A DNA stretch of 64,000 bases from Camelus dromedarius (taxonomy: Eukaryota): NCBI RefSeq assembly GCF_036321535.1, contig NC_087437.1, positions 11,224,001-11,288,000 of the forward strand, written 5' to 3'. Shown piece after piece: positions 1 through 13,006 of the stretch. The notes beneath the pieces are model-generated. The model worked only from the letters and a program-made list of their open reading frames with translations, had not been told where the DNA came from and searched no databases. The position numbers and the translations under genes were made by a program. Numbering within the stretch: the first letter of the stretch is position 1; the number at the start of each line of letters is the position of its first letter.

Positions 1-27
1 TCTTGCAGACCCCCAAAAAGCCTGGAA

Positions 28-216
28 TAGGGTTTCCAGATAAAATACAGAGGGTCCAGTCAAATTTGTATTTCAGACAAACAGTGAATGTTTTATAGTA
101 TAAATGTTCCATGCAATATTTGGGGCACACTTATACTAAATTTTTTTCTTTTGTTTACCTGAGTTCAAATTTAACTGGGCCTCCTATATTTTTATTTGCT
201 GAGTCTGGCAAACTGA
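28..216. mobile_element. MER3-like hAT-Charlie MITE (palindromic)
   Basis: tagggtttccagataaaatacagagggtccagtcaaatttgtatttcagacaaac ... gttcaaatttaactgggcctcctatatttttatttgctgagtctggcaaactg, an internal inverted repeat. Confidence 0.8.
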
Positions 217-507
217 GCCTGGACTCAAGTCCCTGTGGGGCTCAAGGAGCTAAATCCTTACTTCTTGAGGTCTTTATATCCACAATGCCTGGCACATAGA
301 AGGAACTCAATACATGATTAATTTAGCCTCTGAGATGAATAACGGTAAGTCTCTAAACATCATCTGAAATGTGAAACCAATGGAGGGTCAAAACTGTACT
401 CTCTTTCAATAGTTTTAATTTGCCGTGATCAAAAATGCTTAGAGTTTTGATTTGTCCACACATTTTCTGAGATTATCTGTCAGTTTAGATGATCTTTAAA
501 AAAGTAG

Positions 508-2455
508 ATAAGATGGCAGAGTAGGAAGTCCCTGAGCTCATCTACTCCCACCAACACACCAGAATTACAGCTATTTACAGAGCAACTGTGAGATGAGAAA
601 GACTGGAAGGCTAAGTGGAAAAGGTCTTGACAACAGAAGATACAAAGAAGGAATCACACTAAGATGGGTAGGAAGGGTGGAGATGTGGTATAGTCAAGAC
701 GCACACCTTTGGGTGGGTGTCCCACAAATGGGAGGATAATTACATTTTCAGAGAGTCCACATTGGGCTACCCAACCTGGGAGTCCTGCATCGGGAAGATG
801 AACCCCCAGAATGTTTGGCTTTAAGGCCAGTGGGGCTTACTTTAGGGAATAACTCCACTTTTAAAGGATACGCACAAAATCTCACACGTTCTGGAACCCA
901 GAGCAGAAGCAGTCATTTGAAAGGAACCTGGATCAGACACACCTGCTGATCTTGGAGAGTCTTCTAGAGAGGCAGGAGGCAACTGGAGCTCACCCTGGAG
1001 CCGCAGACACAGGCGGCATGCATTTTTGGGAGCTCGTTCTACCACGTGGACACTGGTGGTGGCAAGTGCCCCTGTGGAATCCTCCTAGCTCATTAGCATT
1101 GGGACCCAGCCCCATTCACCAGCCTGCCAGGACCAGTACTGGGCTGCATAGGACGTCTCCTTCAAAAGGCCACTTCTCCAAGGTTGGGAAAGGTAACTAA
1201 CCTACCAAATACATAGAAATCGGAACAGCAAATTAAGCAGAATGAGGCAACAGAGGAATATATACCCAAATGAAGGAACAAGATAAAGCCCCAGAAGAAG
1301 AACTAAAAGAAGGGGAGATAGACAACCTACACCATAAAGAATTGAAGGTAATGATCCTAAAGGTGTTCAAAGAACTTGGGAGAAGATGGATGAACAGAGT
1401 GAAAAGTTAGAAGTTTTTAACAAAGAGTTAGAAAAAGGAAAAGCCAACCCGAGATGACAACTGCAATAACTGAAATAAGAAATACACCAGAAGGAATCAA
1501 CAGTAGATGAGATGGCACAGAGGAATGGATGAGTGAGCTGGAAGACGGAGTAGTGGGAATCACTGAAGCAGAACAGGAGAAAAGAAAACAGAAAAGAGAT
1601 GAGGACAGTTTTAGAGACCTTTGAGACAAAATCAGGTGTACTAACATTTACATTACAGGCATCCCAGAAGGAGAAGAGAGACAGAAAGGGGCAGAGAACA
1701 CATGTGGAGACATAGTAGCTGTAAACCTGGGAAAGGAAACAGACATCCAGGTCCAGGAAGCACAGAGAGTCCCAAACAGGATCAACCCAAAGAGGATCCC
1801 ACTGAGACTCGCTGTAGTTAAAACGGCAAAAGTTAAAGATAGAGAATATTAAAAGGAGCAAGGGGGAAAGCAACAAGTAACATATAAGAGAACTGCCGTA
1901 AAACTATCTGCTGACTCTTCAGCAGAAACCCTGCAGGTCAGAAGGGAGTGGCATGCTATATTTAAAGCGTCAAAAGGGAAAAACTTACAACCAAGAGTCC
2001 TCTAGCCAGCAAGGCTTTCGTTCAGATTTGTTGGAGAGATCAAAAGTTTTACAGGCAAGCAAAAGCTAAGAGTCCAGCACCACCAAACCTGCTTTATAAG
2101 AAATGTTAAAGGGACTTCTGTAAGTGGGAAAGAAAAGGTCACACCTGGAAACATGACAATTACGAGGACAAATCTCATTGGTAAAGGCAGATACACAGTA
2201 AAGGTAGTAAATCAACCATGTACAAAGCTATTAGGAAGTCTAAAAGACTAAACAGGCTAAAAGTAGTAGAATCATCCATATCTGCAATAGGTAGTTAAGG
2301 GATTCACAAAACAAAAAAGAAGTAAAATATGATGTCAAGACAGAAAATGTGGGAGGAAGGGAGTAAAAATGCATAGTTGTTAAAATGCATTTACACTTGA
2401 GGGATCAGCAACTTAAAATAATCGTGTGTGTGTGTGTGTATTGCTGTATATACAC
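508..2455 (+). mobile_element. L1 5' portion (5'UTR plus decayed ORF1), 3' part missing
   Basis: Starts aagatggcagagtaggaagtccctgagctc. A-rich ORF1-like sequence at about 1240-2140. The 5'UTR is homologous to 17290-17892. Confidence 0.85.
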
Positions 2456-4494
2456 TTTTAAGATTCTGGTGGGTGTAGAGATCTGCTCATCTTGTGGAAC
2501 CCAAGACAGGCCCCCTGTGTGAGTTCTCTTGCCACCTTCCCATCTGGAGGGGTCCCCATCTTCCATCTCTCCTTGCCCTCCATGTAAAAGAGGCCAGCTT
2601 ACAAACCAAAAATGATCTTTTTCCTTGCCCAACCTCCTGGCACAGTGTTAGGTGACTCTGGCATTCTTTCTGGTGGCTCCTTTGCACCCACGAAAGCTCA
2701 GTTTTGTATTCTGTGCCCTGTATCCTCCAGGTCAGTCTCATCATCACTTGAAGTGGAGTTGCCCTCAGGATCCAGAACTGAAGTTGCCTGTTTTCCACTC
2801 CTCTCATCCTCACTTCCGCTGGCTTTTCTTTGCATCCTCATTGTGACGTCTTCACCTTTGATTCTTTGATTCTTTCCTGCTTTGCTGGCCCATTACATTT
2901 CCTACCAGTGTACCAAGCTGCCCGTTTTACTTACGTCACAGTGCCCAGGCATGGCTGCCTCTAGTCTTGGCGTGGCTGGACAGAGACTTGAGAGCAAGCA
3001 GATTGGTCACACTGCAAATGGCTATTCCTGTGCTCAGGGGAGCTCACTGGTCCAGCGGTCTTCCATCAAGACCGCTGTAGTATGACATTAAATTTTCCGT
3101 CTTGGTTCTTAATCTCTCTTCTAAGATGCAATCTCACTTCCATAATTTTTTTTTTTTTTACTCTTGAAATCAGCTGTCTTTACTTCCTCATTTCTCTTAA
3201 ACGATGTGTTGAATGGGCACCCGTGTAGAGTACATATCTAAGACTTATTTTCACCACTTAATGTTCCTTTTAAGCCCTTCAAAAGGGGTATCCATCTTCT
3301 GCCAACAGATAAGGGAGGTCAATCATTCTTCCCTTCATTCTTAGATAATAGAAAGCCCTAAGTTACAAAACACAGCTTTGATACAGAAATCAGAACACCT
3401 GGTTATTAACATGTCAGTTTCATTCACGCACTTCTTCCCCAGGGAGGGCCAGCTCTGGGTGGGCCGTGTGGGTCAGGGGTATGCTCAGCTTCCCCCTTTC
3501 CTCCCTCACCTCCTCCTCACTGCACCAGCTGCTGTTCCTGACTTCGTGAGAATGGAAGGAGACCGGTAAGGAGAAGTAAGCAACAGGTACATGCGTACTT
3601 AACAGGCACTGCGTGAGGTGGCTTCCTGCTTTCTGGGTGGACAGATGTTTAAATCTGGCTCTTCTCGTGGGCACTCTGTGGACTCCTGCAGATCCCTTCT
3701 GGGCCCCACTGTTACCCTGTGATGCGAAGCTGCTTCTCCATAGATTGGTAGCTACTGGTTCTATCTTGACTTCTGCCTCCATGGTGTATCCTCTACTCTA
3801 GGCTTTCTGGGCGACTTTGGCCTGGAAGGCCACCCTCTAGGGCAAGATTCCTTTTACAATGGCCCCAGGCTCAGGTTCCTGCTACAGGTTCCACATCTGG
3901 TCCCCAGGACACACATCTCTGATCTGAGGAGGGTCAGTCATCATCCAGCTACGACACTACTCTGTAGCCACAGGATGCTCTGATTTGCTTATGCAGAATC
4001 TGATGCTCAAGCTCCGTGTCTTTTACCTGCCAGAATCACACGTCAGAGTCTCTGAGTGAGACCCTAGAAGTTCTGGTCATTGGGCTTTGGATGAAGGGTG
4101 TCTTCCCTTCCCACATTCATCCTCAAAAAAGTCTTCTCAAATTTCCACTCTCTTGATTCTTTTATATTCTTGATCTGAATGGCGATTACCCAGTTTTATA
4201 ACTGCTATTTTTTTTTTTTGAAAGTGTGTGTCTAGCTGATCTGTTTCACACGTCTACCTTTGGCATCTGAGAGCGCCCACAGCTCAGGGTCTCAGTCACA
4301 ACATCCAGTTTCACATGTTTTCCCTAGCCATGCTGGTTTGAAATCAGAGTCATCTCTGAGTCACCCTTCTTTTTTAACTCCCACATCCCATTCGTGAGTA
4401 AGTTGCACTGATTTTACTTCTCAAACCCTCCTGCTCTCCGTCACTGCCAACTCTCTACCTCAGGCTCTTGTTGTATTGTGCACATCAGCTGGTG

Positions 4495-4720
4495 GAGAGC
4501 TGGCAGTATGGCCTGGTGTGCTGAGCCTTGGTTAATCGTGTTTGAATTCCAGCTCAACCTCTTCTTACCTTGGCTAAAGTTACTGAGTTTCTCTAAGCCT
4601 CAGTTTCTTCATCCGAAAAATGGACATAATAATGACTACTTCATAGGGATATGTGAGAATTACATGTGATAATACATGTAGAGTGCCTTGAACATAATAA
4701 ATGCTCAATAAATGTTAGGG
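4495..4720 (+). mobile_element. MIR SINE
   Basis: Core ctctaagcctcagtttcttcatccgaaaaatggacataataatgactacttcataggg. Confidence 0.75.
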
Positions 4721-4804
4721 GATGTGATCCTTATCACAACTGTCCTTGGATTGTTGTCTCCATGTCTAGTCTTATTCCTTCAGATCAACTCAGACACTAT
4801 TACT

Positions 4805-5276
4805 TGTGGTGGAATGTTTACAGAATTGCCAGCAAAATTCCCCTCCCTCCATCCAGGCTGTGAGGGGTCCTCTCCCACACTGACTCTGGGGTTCGCTATG
4901 TGACCTGCCTTGGCCAGTGAGTCAATAGCAAATGCACCCCAAGTAGAGACTTGAAAATGGCTTGCTTGTTGGGACGTGCCCTCTTTTGCTGCTGGGACCC
5001 CTTCTGCTACCATGGAAAAAAGCTTGGCCAGCCTATTGGAGACGCACAATTCATGGGCATGCAGTACCACCACCCCCAGAGCTAGGCTAGTCTAGACTCA
5101 GTGGCAGGTGCAGCTGATGACAGCCACAGGCATGAGGATAGGCAAGAATAGAAGACCTGTCCAGCTGGGTGTGGTCCAAGTTGCCAACTCACTGAATTTT
5201 GAGCTAATGAACTATTGCTGTCTTAAGCCACTAAATTTTGGGATGGCATGTTACACAGCAGTAGGTAACTGATACA
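4805..5276 (+). mobile_element. MLT1-family (MaLR) solo LTR
   Basis: TG...CA ends; typical 3' end ttaagccactaaattttgggatggcatgttacacagcagtaggtaactgataca. Confidence 0.8.
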
Positions 5277-5491
5277 GTATCATGTTAATTATTTTAAAGA
5301 ATGGCTCTCATTTCTTTGTCTTTCTGCTCAAATGCCTATTCTGGTTTGCATGAGGTAGTCTTGATGGTCTTGGTTTATATCTGTTGTCCTGGCATAGTAA
5401 TTAATAATAACCTCTTTAACTCTCAAAATAATTTGGATGACAAAATAAATAGTTACCCTACGTCTGCTCAAAATCATTCCTATTGTCTGTT

Positions 5492-5575
5492 GTTTTATTA
5501 TTTATTTATTGAAGTATAGTTGATTTACAATGTTGTGTTAGTTTCAGGTATACAGCAAAGTGATTCAGGAATACG

Positions 5576-5609
<34 letters not shown>

Positions 5610-6800
5610 TATACAGATATATATATGTGTGCGTATATATATATGTATTCTTCTTCAGATTCTTCTTCATTATAGGTTATTGTAAGATACTGAATATAGT
5701 TCCCTGTGCTTTACAGTAGATCTTCGTTGTTTATCTATTTATCCCTCTCCCCCACCCCTTTCCTCTTTGGTAACCATAGTTTGTTTTCTATGTCTGTGAG
5801 TCTATTTCTGGTTTATAAATAGGTTCGTTTGTGTCATTTTTTTTAAGATTTCATATATAGTGATATCATATGATATTTTTCTTTCTTTCTGGCTTACTTC
5901 ACTTAGAATGATAATCTCCAGGTCTATCCATGTTGCTGCAAATGGCATTATTTTATTCTTTTTTATGGCTGAGTAGAATTCCATTGTATAAATATACCAT
6001 GACTTCCTTATCCAGTCATCTGTTATCTGTTGAACATTTAGGTTGCTTCCATGTCTTGGCTATTGTAACTGCTATGAACATAGTTCATAGTCATGCTATG
6101 AACATTGGGGTGCATGTATGTTTTCGAATTAGAGTTTCCTCTGGATATATGCTCTGATGTGGGATTGCTGGATCATATGGTAAGTTTATTTTTGGTTTTT
6201 TAAGGAACCTCCATACTATCCTCTATAGTGGCTGCAACAATTTACATTCCCACCAACAGTGTAGGAGGGTTCCCTTTTCTCCACACCCTCTCCAGCATTT
6301 ATCGTTTGTGGACTTTTTAATGATGGCCACTCTTACTGGTGTGAGGTGATACCTCATTGTAGTTTTGATTTGCATTTCTCCGGTAATTAGCAATATTGAG
6401 CATTTTTTCATGTGCCTGTTAGCCATTTGTATGTCTTCATTGGTGAAATGCTTGGTTTAGGTCTTTGGCCCATTTTTGGATTAGTGATTTTTTTGTTTGT
6501 TTGTTTGTTATTAAGTTGTATGAGCTGTTTATATATTCTGGAAATTAAACCCTTATCAATTGTATCATTTGCAAATATTTTCCCCCATTCCATAGGTTGT
6601 CTTTTCTTTTTCTTTTTTTTATAGTTTCTTTTGCTGTGCAAAAGCTTATAAGTTTAATTAGGTCCCATTTGCTTATTTTTGCTTATATTTCTATTGCCTG
6701 GGTAGACTGCCATAGGAGAACATTGCTAAGATTTATGTCAGAGAATGTTTTGCATATGTTTCCTTTTAGGAGGTTTATAGTGTCTTGTCTTATGTTTAAG
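5492..6800 (-). mobile_element. Younger L1 3' fragment (ORF2 C-terminus plus 3'UTR)
   Basis: Minus-strand ORFs [21 protein letters not shown] and MEFYSAIKKNKIMPFAATW; T-rich tail at the left end. Confidence 0.92.
5576..5646. repeat. (TA)n/(CA)n microsatellite in the L1 3'UTR
   Basis: Directly visible. Confidence 0.9.
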
Positions 6801-6876
6801 TTTTTATTATGTACCTTTAAAAAGTCTACCCCAACCATATTTGCTCTTGGTCTAGTCAAAACTGAGTCAAGTGTCA

Positions 6877-7019
6877 GGGGAGGGTATAGCTCAGTGGTAG
6901 AGTGCATGCTTAGCATGCATGGGGTCCTGGGTTCAATCCCCAGTACTTCCTCCAAATAGAAATAAATAAATAAACCTAATTACCTCTCCCTCATAAAACA
7001 AAACAAAACAAACAAAAAA
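6877..7019 (+). mobile_element. tRNA-Ala-derived SINE (Vic-1-like), with TSD
   Basis: Head ggggagggtatagctcagtggtagagtgcatgcttagcatgc...gggttcaatcccc (A/B boxes), (TAAA)n, aacctaattacctctccc, A-tail. TSD aaaactgagtca(a/g)gtg at 6858-6873 and 7016-7031. Confidence 0.9.
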
Positions 7020-7399
7020 CTGAGTCAGGTGGATTTCTAGCAGTTCCCTACCTCTAGGCTTTCTTGAGTGTGCTTTATGATTTTTGATAAATACCTTTAA
7101 TCTCAGGGCTGCAGTAGCCTGAAGATAGCGTCTGATTTTCTAAATCGGTAGAGAAATTAGTATTTCTTTAAATTTCCCCCTAGATTTTGTCGTAAGTAAA
7201 GCCATGAGAAATGGGAAGATTTTTGAAGAGTTGGGCAGTATGTAACAGTCCTTGTGACAGAGTCTCCTTGGCTGCTGTTGTATGGTAGTTCTTTCTCCCG
7301 TAATATGTAGAATTGGACCCTACATCGGAAGGTTAACTGAAATATTTCTTTTGCTTTTGTGCTTTTTAAAAAGCAATATAGTAATTCCCAATTTAAAGA

Positions 7400-8790
7400 G
7401 AGCAGAGTAAAATATTTCAGTTCCATCCTCTCTTACAAAATCACCTCAAAGCAATAAGGAGAATAAGAAATGGGCAAACTCCTTTATGTCGGGACTAGGA
7501 GAAGCAAGTTGGTGTGTCCTGCAGGTCAAAAAAATTGCAGATCTTTTCAGGAGGTCCAGAAATTGATAATGAAAATTCGATAAGAGTTTTAATGGGAAGA
7601 AACCTATAAAAGAGATAATTCAAGATAGTTTCTCAGAAGTGAAGGGCATAACGTGAATTTAAGCACAATCCTGACTGGTGCGTATCATTATAAAATTTTG
7701 AAATATCATGAATAAAGAGATGATCCTAGAAGGTTTGAGAGATTTTAAAAAGAAGTCACATATAAAGAATTGGGAGTAATATTAAACATTTTTTAAAAAA
7801 ATTGGTGAGAGGAAGGAGATAATTAGGTTTATTTATTTATTAAGGGAGGTACTAGGGATTGAACCCAGGACCTCATGCTTGCTAAGAACATGCTGTACCA
7901 CTGAGCTATACCCTTCCTCCCAGGAATAAGATTTCTGGAAACTAGAAGACAGTGGAGGAGGGTCTTCAAAATTCTGAAGGAAATAACATTCTAACTAGAA
8001 TCCTATGCACACCAACGCTTCTCAGTCAATTGTGAGAGGGAGGATAAGGTCATTTTCAGACACGTGGAGCCTTAAGCATTTTATTTCTAATGTATAATTT
8101 CTTAGCAGGTATACCAAAGCAAGGGAGTGGACCAAGACCATGGACCCAGGAAATGTGGGGTTCAGGATAACAGATCAATAAAAGAATTTCTAATTTTATA
8201 ATTAATGATGTCTTGAGCTTACAGCTGTGCAGTGGCCTTGAAAGCAGCCAGCACACTTTTGAGCAGGAGGCTATGGAAGATGTTAGGAAGGAAGTTTCTA
8301 AGCAAATAAAGTTGGAACTAATAAGTAACCGTATGCATCTGACTATGTAAAAAATACTATTGATAGAGGTTTTATAAATTTATTGGGGTGCTTCAGGGGG
8401 GAACTCATAAGAATAAAAATACATATGTAAATGAATAATAAGTCATTTATTAACGGCTGGAAAACTAGAAGTTGTACATGAAAGGAATTACAGTACAATA
8501 ATTGGCTCAGTAGAAATCAATATTCATATAACCCTAATAAAATAAACCCTGAATGTTGATTTAACCATGTATTGGTTGTAACTGTTCTATGAGAGGAGGG
8601 AAAGGAATGAAGGATGTGAGAGACGTTTGCAAGGCAGGAAAGTTGAAATTTCGAGAGCTGAAATTGTGTCAACCGTAATAGGAGGTCAATAGATAGTAAC
8701 TAACATGCATAAATTCAGAAATAGCAACATGGGCACATCATTTGAGAACATGGAAGTAAATATTAGAACAAAGAGTTGAAAGTGTTTAAA
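7400..8790 (+). mobile_element. Old, highly diverged L1 fragment (ORF1-like)
   Basis: A-rich; gaaactagaagacagtggagg...cttcaaaattctgaaggaaataacattctaactagaatcctat resembles the end of L1 ORF1. Confidence 0.6.
7790..7921 (-). mobile_element. tRNA-Ala-derived SINE (Vic-1-like), inserted in an old L1
   Basis: Reverse complement of the same head and taaataaacctaatta tail. Confidence 0.88.
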
Positions 8791-9199
8791 GTATTTCTTT
8801 GGGATGCAGGATTCATTAGTGGATGGAGTGGACCAGATGTCTCCTACTTTATCTTTATGTTTTATTTTAAAGCCCGTGACTGATGACTCTGGTCTCTGGA
8901 TCATCTGTTGGTCTGTTTCTCTTGCCTTTTTTTTTTTTCTCGTGGGCCTGTCTGTTGGCATACATGAAAATTTTCATTTAATTGCCAGGCATTACATATA
9001 AAAAATTATAGCTGCTTGATTGATGGTGTCTTTGTCAAAAGTTTTTTTTTTTTTTTGTTAAAATAGGGGTACATTGTTTTTAGTCATTAGTTGACTTGAG
9101 GTTGGATTTCAGTGTTTGTAAAAGCCTTGGTAAGTTCAATTTTTACCTTAGGGTGTAAGCCTTTAGAGGTCCTAATTCAATTTGGGGATGTTTACTTGA

Positions 9200-9363
9200 T
9201 AGTTGTGAATTCCAGGTTTTATCTTCCCGATTTTGTGAAACTGTTGACAGGTAGCTTGTTTTCCTTTCTCTTACAGGTTTCCCCTTGGAGAATTTCCTTG
9301 ATAAATAACTTGCACCTGTATTCTTGGCTTGGGTGCTGCCTCTGGGATAATCCAAGTTAAGAC
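9200..9363 (+). mobile_element. ERVL-type LTR 3' end fragment
   Basis: ttccttgataaataacttgcacctgtattcttggcttgggtgctgcctctgggataatccaagttaagaca. Confidence 0.5.
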
Positions 9364-10134
9364 AACATCTATTAATAAAGCAAAATTAGATGGACAGACA
9401 AAAATAAGACTTAGGGAGATGTAAACCGATCTCTCAACTATACTCAAGCCCAAACCAGCCCACATATTTCTGTGTTCTATCCTGAGGACCATGAAAAACT
9501 AAGCTTTATTTCATTTTACTTTTCTGATTTATTTTATAGCAGCTCATTTATTTCTGGATGAGCAGAAGTTGGGAAAGAAATAAAGGAAGAAATGCAGACT
9601 TAAATCCAATGTCAGATACTTTGGTTTTCGTTTGGCTCAGCTTAACTCTATTACGAGAAGCCGCAGTTAAGGACTTCCTTCGAAGTGTTTCCCGAAAGAT
9701 AATTGACTTCAAAACAGTTGAATGTCTTACTCACACTTTCTCAACTTGCTGTGCACATCTGGAGTTTGCTTTTATATTAGAGAAATTTTTTCTTCCTCGT
9801 TTGTGCCCAGTTTCCTGTAGGATGGGCTTCCTGTAGGGTATGGGACTGATTATGATCTTGAAGCAACACTGGGACTCCCATAAATTCTGGAATATTTTCT
9901 TTATTATCCTTAGAGGCAGAATAATTTTAATGACTGTTTTACCCATACTTCCATTTTGACCTCAAGAAAAGCAAAATAATTTCCCTGAAGATTCGCAAAT
10001 CTACATTCAAAGAGATGTAGTATAGAAGACCTATATGCAATTTTAAAGAGATTTAAAAATTGATTTTACACAGAAAAATATAGAAAAAACTAGTTTACTG
10101 TGCAAAAATCTTAACTTTGGCAAGGTGGTTCACT

Positions 10135-10652
10135 TATACATATACTTACTATATGTATTTTCAGATTCTTTTCCATTGTATGTTACTAAAAGAAATTGAA
10201 TATAGTTCTGTGTGCTATACATTAGGTTCTTGTTGTTTATCTGTTTTATATATAGTAGTGTGTATCTGTTAATCCCAAACTCCTAATTTATCCCTCCCCT
10301 GCCCTTTCCCCTTTGGTAACTGTAGTTTGTTTTCTGTGTCTGTGAGTCTTTTTTTTGGTTTTTAAATATGATTTGCTTCATTTTTTTTTTTTTTTAGATT
10401 TCACATATAAGTGATATCATATGATATTTATCTTTCTTTGTCTGACTTACTTCACTTAATATGATCATCTCTAGGTGCATCCATGTTGCTGCAAATGGCA
10501 TTATTTCATTCTTTTTCATGGTTGAGTGCTATTCTGTTGTATATGTATATGTACCTCACATCTTTATCCAGTCATCTGTCAATGGACATTGAGTTCCTCC
10601 GTGTCTTGGCTCTTGTAACTAACTAGTGCTGCTGTGAACATTGGGGTGCCTG
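10135..10652 (-). mobile_element. Younger L1 3' fragment
   Basis: Same 3'UTR/ORF2-end sequence as 5492-6800. Confidence 0.88.
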
Positions 10653-10959
10653 TGAGACAAGTTATTTTTATAACCATTTTGCAGATGAGGAAACTTGGTC
10701 CAAAGAGTTCTCTAAGCATTTGTCTGTAGAAAAGCGAAGTATAGAGCCCAAGGTTTACTGACGTTTAATCCAGCTCTTTCTACCATTTCATAAGCTAAAA
10801 TGTGGAAGCGGTGTGGTAGGTGTAGTGGCTAGAATCTGGGCTTTGAAATCAGTCTGCATGGCTTTAAATGCCATCTTCACTCTTTACTAACCATGGGGCC
10901 TTGAGAAAGTGACTTAGACTTTCTAAACCTAGAAAGTTTCCTAGTTTTAAATTGGGATT

Positions 10960-12460
10960 TATCTAAAATTCTTATGGAAGAGAAAGGATAAAGACCAGGT
11001 TTATCCTACCTGATAGTAAGACTACTTATAAAACTGTTGGATGAGAGTGGTGTAGTGTTGGACTCGGGATAGATAACCAGGCTGAAAAAGCAGCATTCAG
11101 AGTCTAGAAGTGCACCCGCAACGTGTGGGAACTTGTAGTAAGTCAAAGGTAGCAGTGAAAACCAGTGGGGAACCCACAGATGAACTATCTGTAAAGGGGC
11201 TCATGCCAGGTGAGATAAAATTAGGCAAATACCTCACAGCATATGCAGAAATAAATTCCAGATGCACGAAACCTAAATATTGAAAGGAAACATTTGAAGA
11301 AAACATAGAAAAATTTTATGATATTTGAGTAGGGAAGGATTTCTTACATAAAGTGTAAAAAGGACAGATACCCAGCCAGTACCAACACCCACACTCACAC
11401 TCACACACACACACGCCCCACCCCCCAAGGAAGCAATAGTACATCCATGTGCATGAAAGCAAATAAACCAATGATTCTATGAGCAAAGGCAAGCTTGTAC
11501 TAGGAGAAGTTATTTGCGATGCACATAACCAACAGAAGAATAGAATCTAGACTATACAAAGAGCACAAATTAATAAGAAAGAGGCAAACAACTCAGTAGA
11601 AGAGTAGGTAAAGAATATGAACAGGTAATTCAGAGAAGAGGAACAAGAATAGCCAATACACATATGGAAAAGTTCCAACCACGTTTGCAAATGGACTTAC
11701 GAAAATTGAAACATTAATAAAATACCATTTCATACCCATCATATTGGCTGAAAATTAAGAAGTTTGATAACACCTATTATCGACAAGGATGTGGAGAAAC
11801 AGTTACTGTTACACGTTGCTGAAGGGAGTACAAATATATATATATGTATGTATGTATGTATGTTAGTTTGGAGAAAGAAACTGGTAATACCTGACAAAGT
11901 TGAAGATGAACGTACTCCTGGAAGTGGAAAATAGAAAATGAACACATTCTGTTTCCCACTTCTAGGTATGCTCTACACCAGGGGTCAGCAAGTGATGCCC
12001 TCCCACACCCCCTGGCCAAGACTGGCTCACCACTTGTTTTTGTAACTAAACTTTTATTGGAACACAGCCATGCTCATTCATTTTTATGTTGTCTGTGGCT
12101 GTTTTCTACAAAAACAGAATAGTTCCAACAGAGACCGTTGGCCCACAAAGCCGTATTGACTCTTTGTCCTTTCATAGAAAAAATTTCCTAATCCTTGCCC
12201 CAGACGATAGAGGAACTTGCGCATATGCACACAGAAACGTGCATAAGGATATCCATTGCAATGGTTTTTGATAAAAGAATAGGATCTATCCTCTTTTTTA
12301 AGAGAATGGATAAATAAAATGTGTTTTCTTCATGCAATAGAATACTATATACTAATTAAAATAAAATAACCAGATGTGTATGAAATAACTAATGTAGGTG
12401 TCAGCATTGATAAATCTCAACTCACTGGTAAGTAGAAAAACACAAGTTACAGAATATACT
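10960..12460 (+). mobile_element. Old L1 (L1ME/L1MC-like) ORF2 3' part, interrupted by MER58
   Basis: Decayed ORF2 motifs (aaataccattttcatacccatcatattggctgaaaatt; gaatggataaataaaatgtg). Confidence 0.65.
11979..12197 (+). mobile_element. MER58A-like hAT-Charlie MITE
   Basis: caggggtcagcaa...gtttttgtaactaaacttttattggaacacagccatgctcattcattt...aatccttg. 8-bp TSD-like flanks ctctacac/ccccagac. Confidence 0.85.
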
Positions 12461-13006
12461 CATTTTTACAACCACTTGCCCCCACCCTTCATGCATTGAT
12501 CATTGGTGGGTGGAACTGGGACCACCAGACACTGGGCACCTCCCGATGTAATGCTTTAGGAACTACAGTCCATCTGTGAAATGTTCTTGACAAAAAAGAT
12601 GAAACTGAATCTAACAAATTTCTAAAACTACCTTCCAATTACAGGAGATATGGCTGATAGAGGAATGGATTCATGTGACACTTCAGGGGAACAAATGGAC
12701 ATATTTGGGATTTGAGGCATTTGACAGGATTACTATATGGTTTCTACAAATCACAGGGAGAAATCAAAGGGAGAAATGGTGAGTATGAATGTGTGTGTGT
12801 GTTCCCTTTAGATTAAAAGAAACTCAAGAGAAATAACAACGAAAAGTAATGTATTGAAACTGTTTGCACTCTGATTCAAACAAACCAGCTGTAAGAGGAA
12901 TTTTTAAGACAACTAAGGAAATTGGATTATGTTCTGAGAGTTATTGAGTTTTGATAGTTTTATTAGGAATGATACTGTAATTATGTAAGAAATGTTCATT
13001 TTCTTT

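Noticed and set aside
3053..3077. Perfect hairpin CAGCGGTCTT-CCATC-AAGACCGCTG
   Set aside because: One 10-bp stem with a short loop is roughly what chance gives in 64 kb; too short for a pre-miRNA and no other support.
6877..6953. Apparent tRNA-Ala genes (also at 7920, 22500, 26680, 47520, 49970 and 62130)
   Set aside because: They have TSDs, A-rich tails and stem-disrupting changes, so they are SINEs rather than functional tRNAs.
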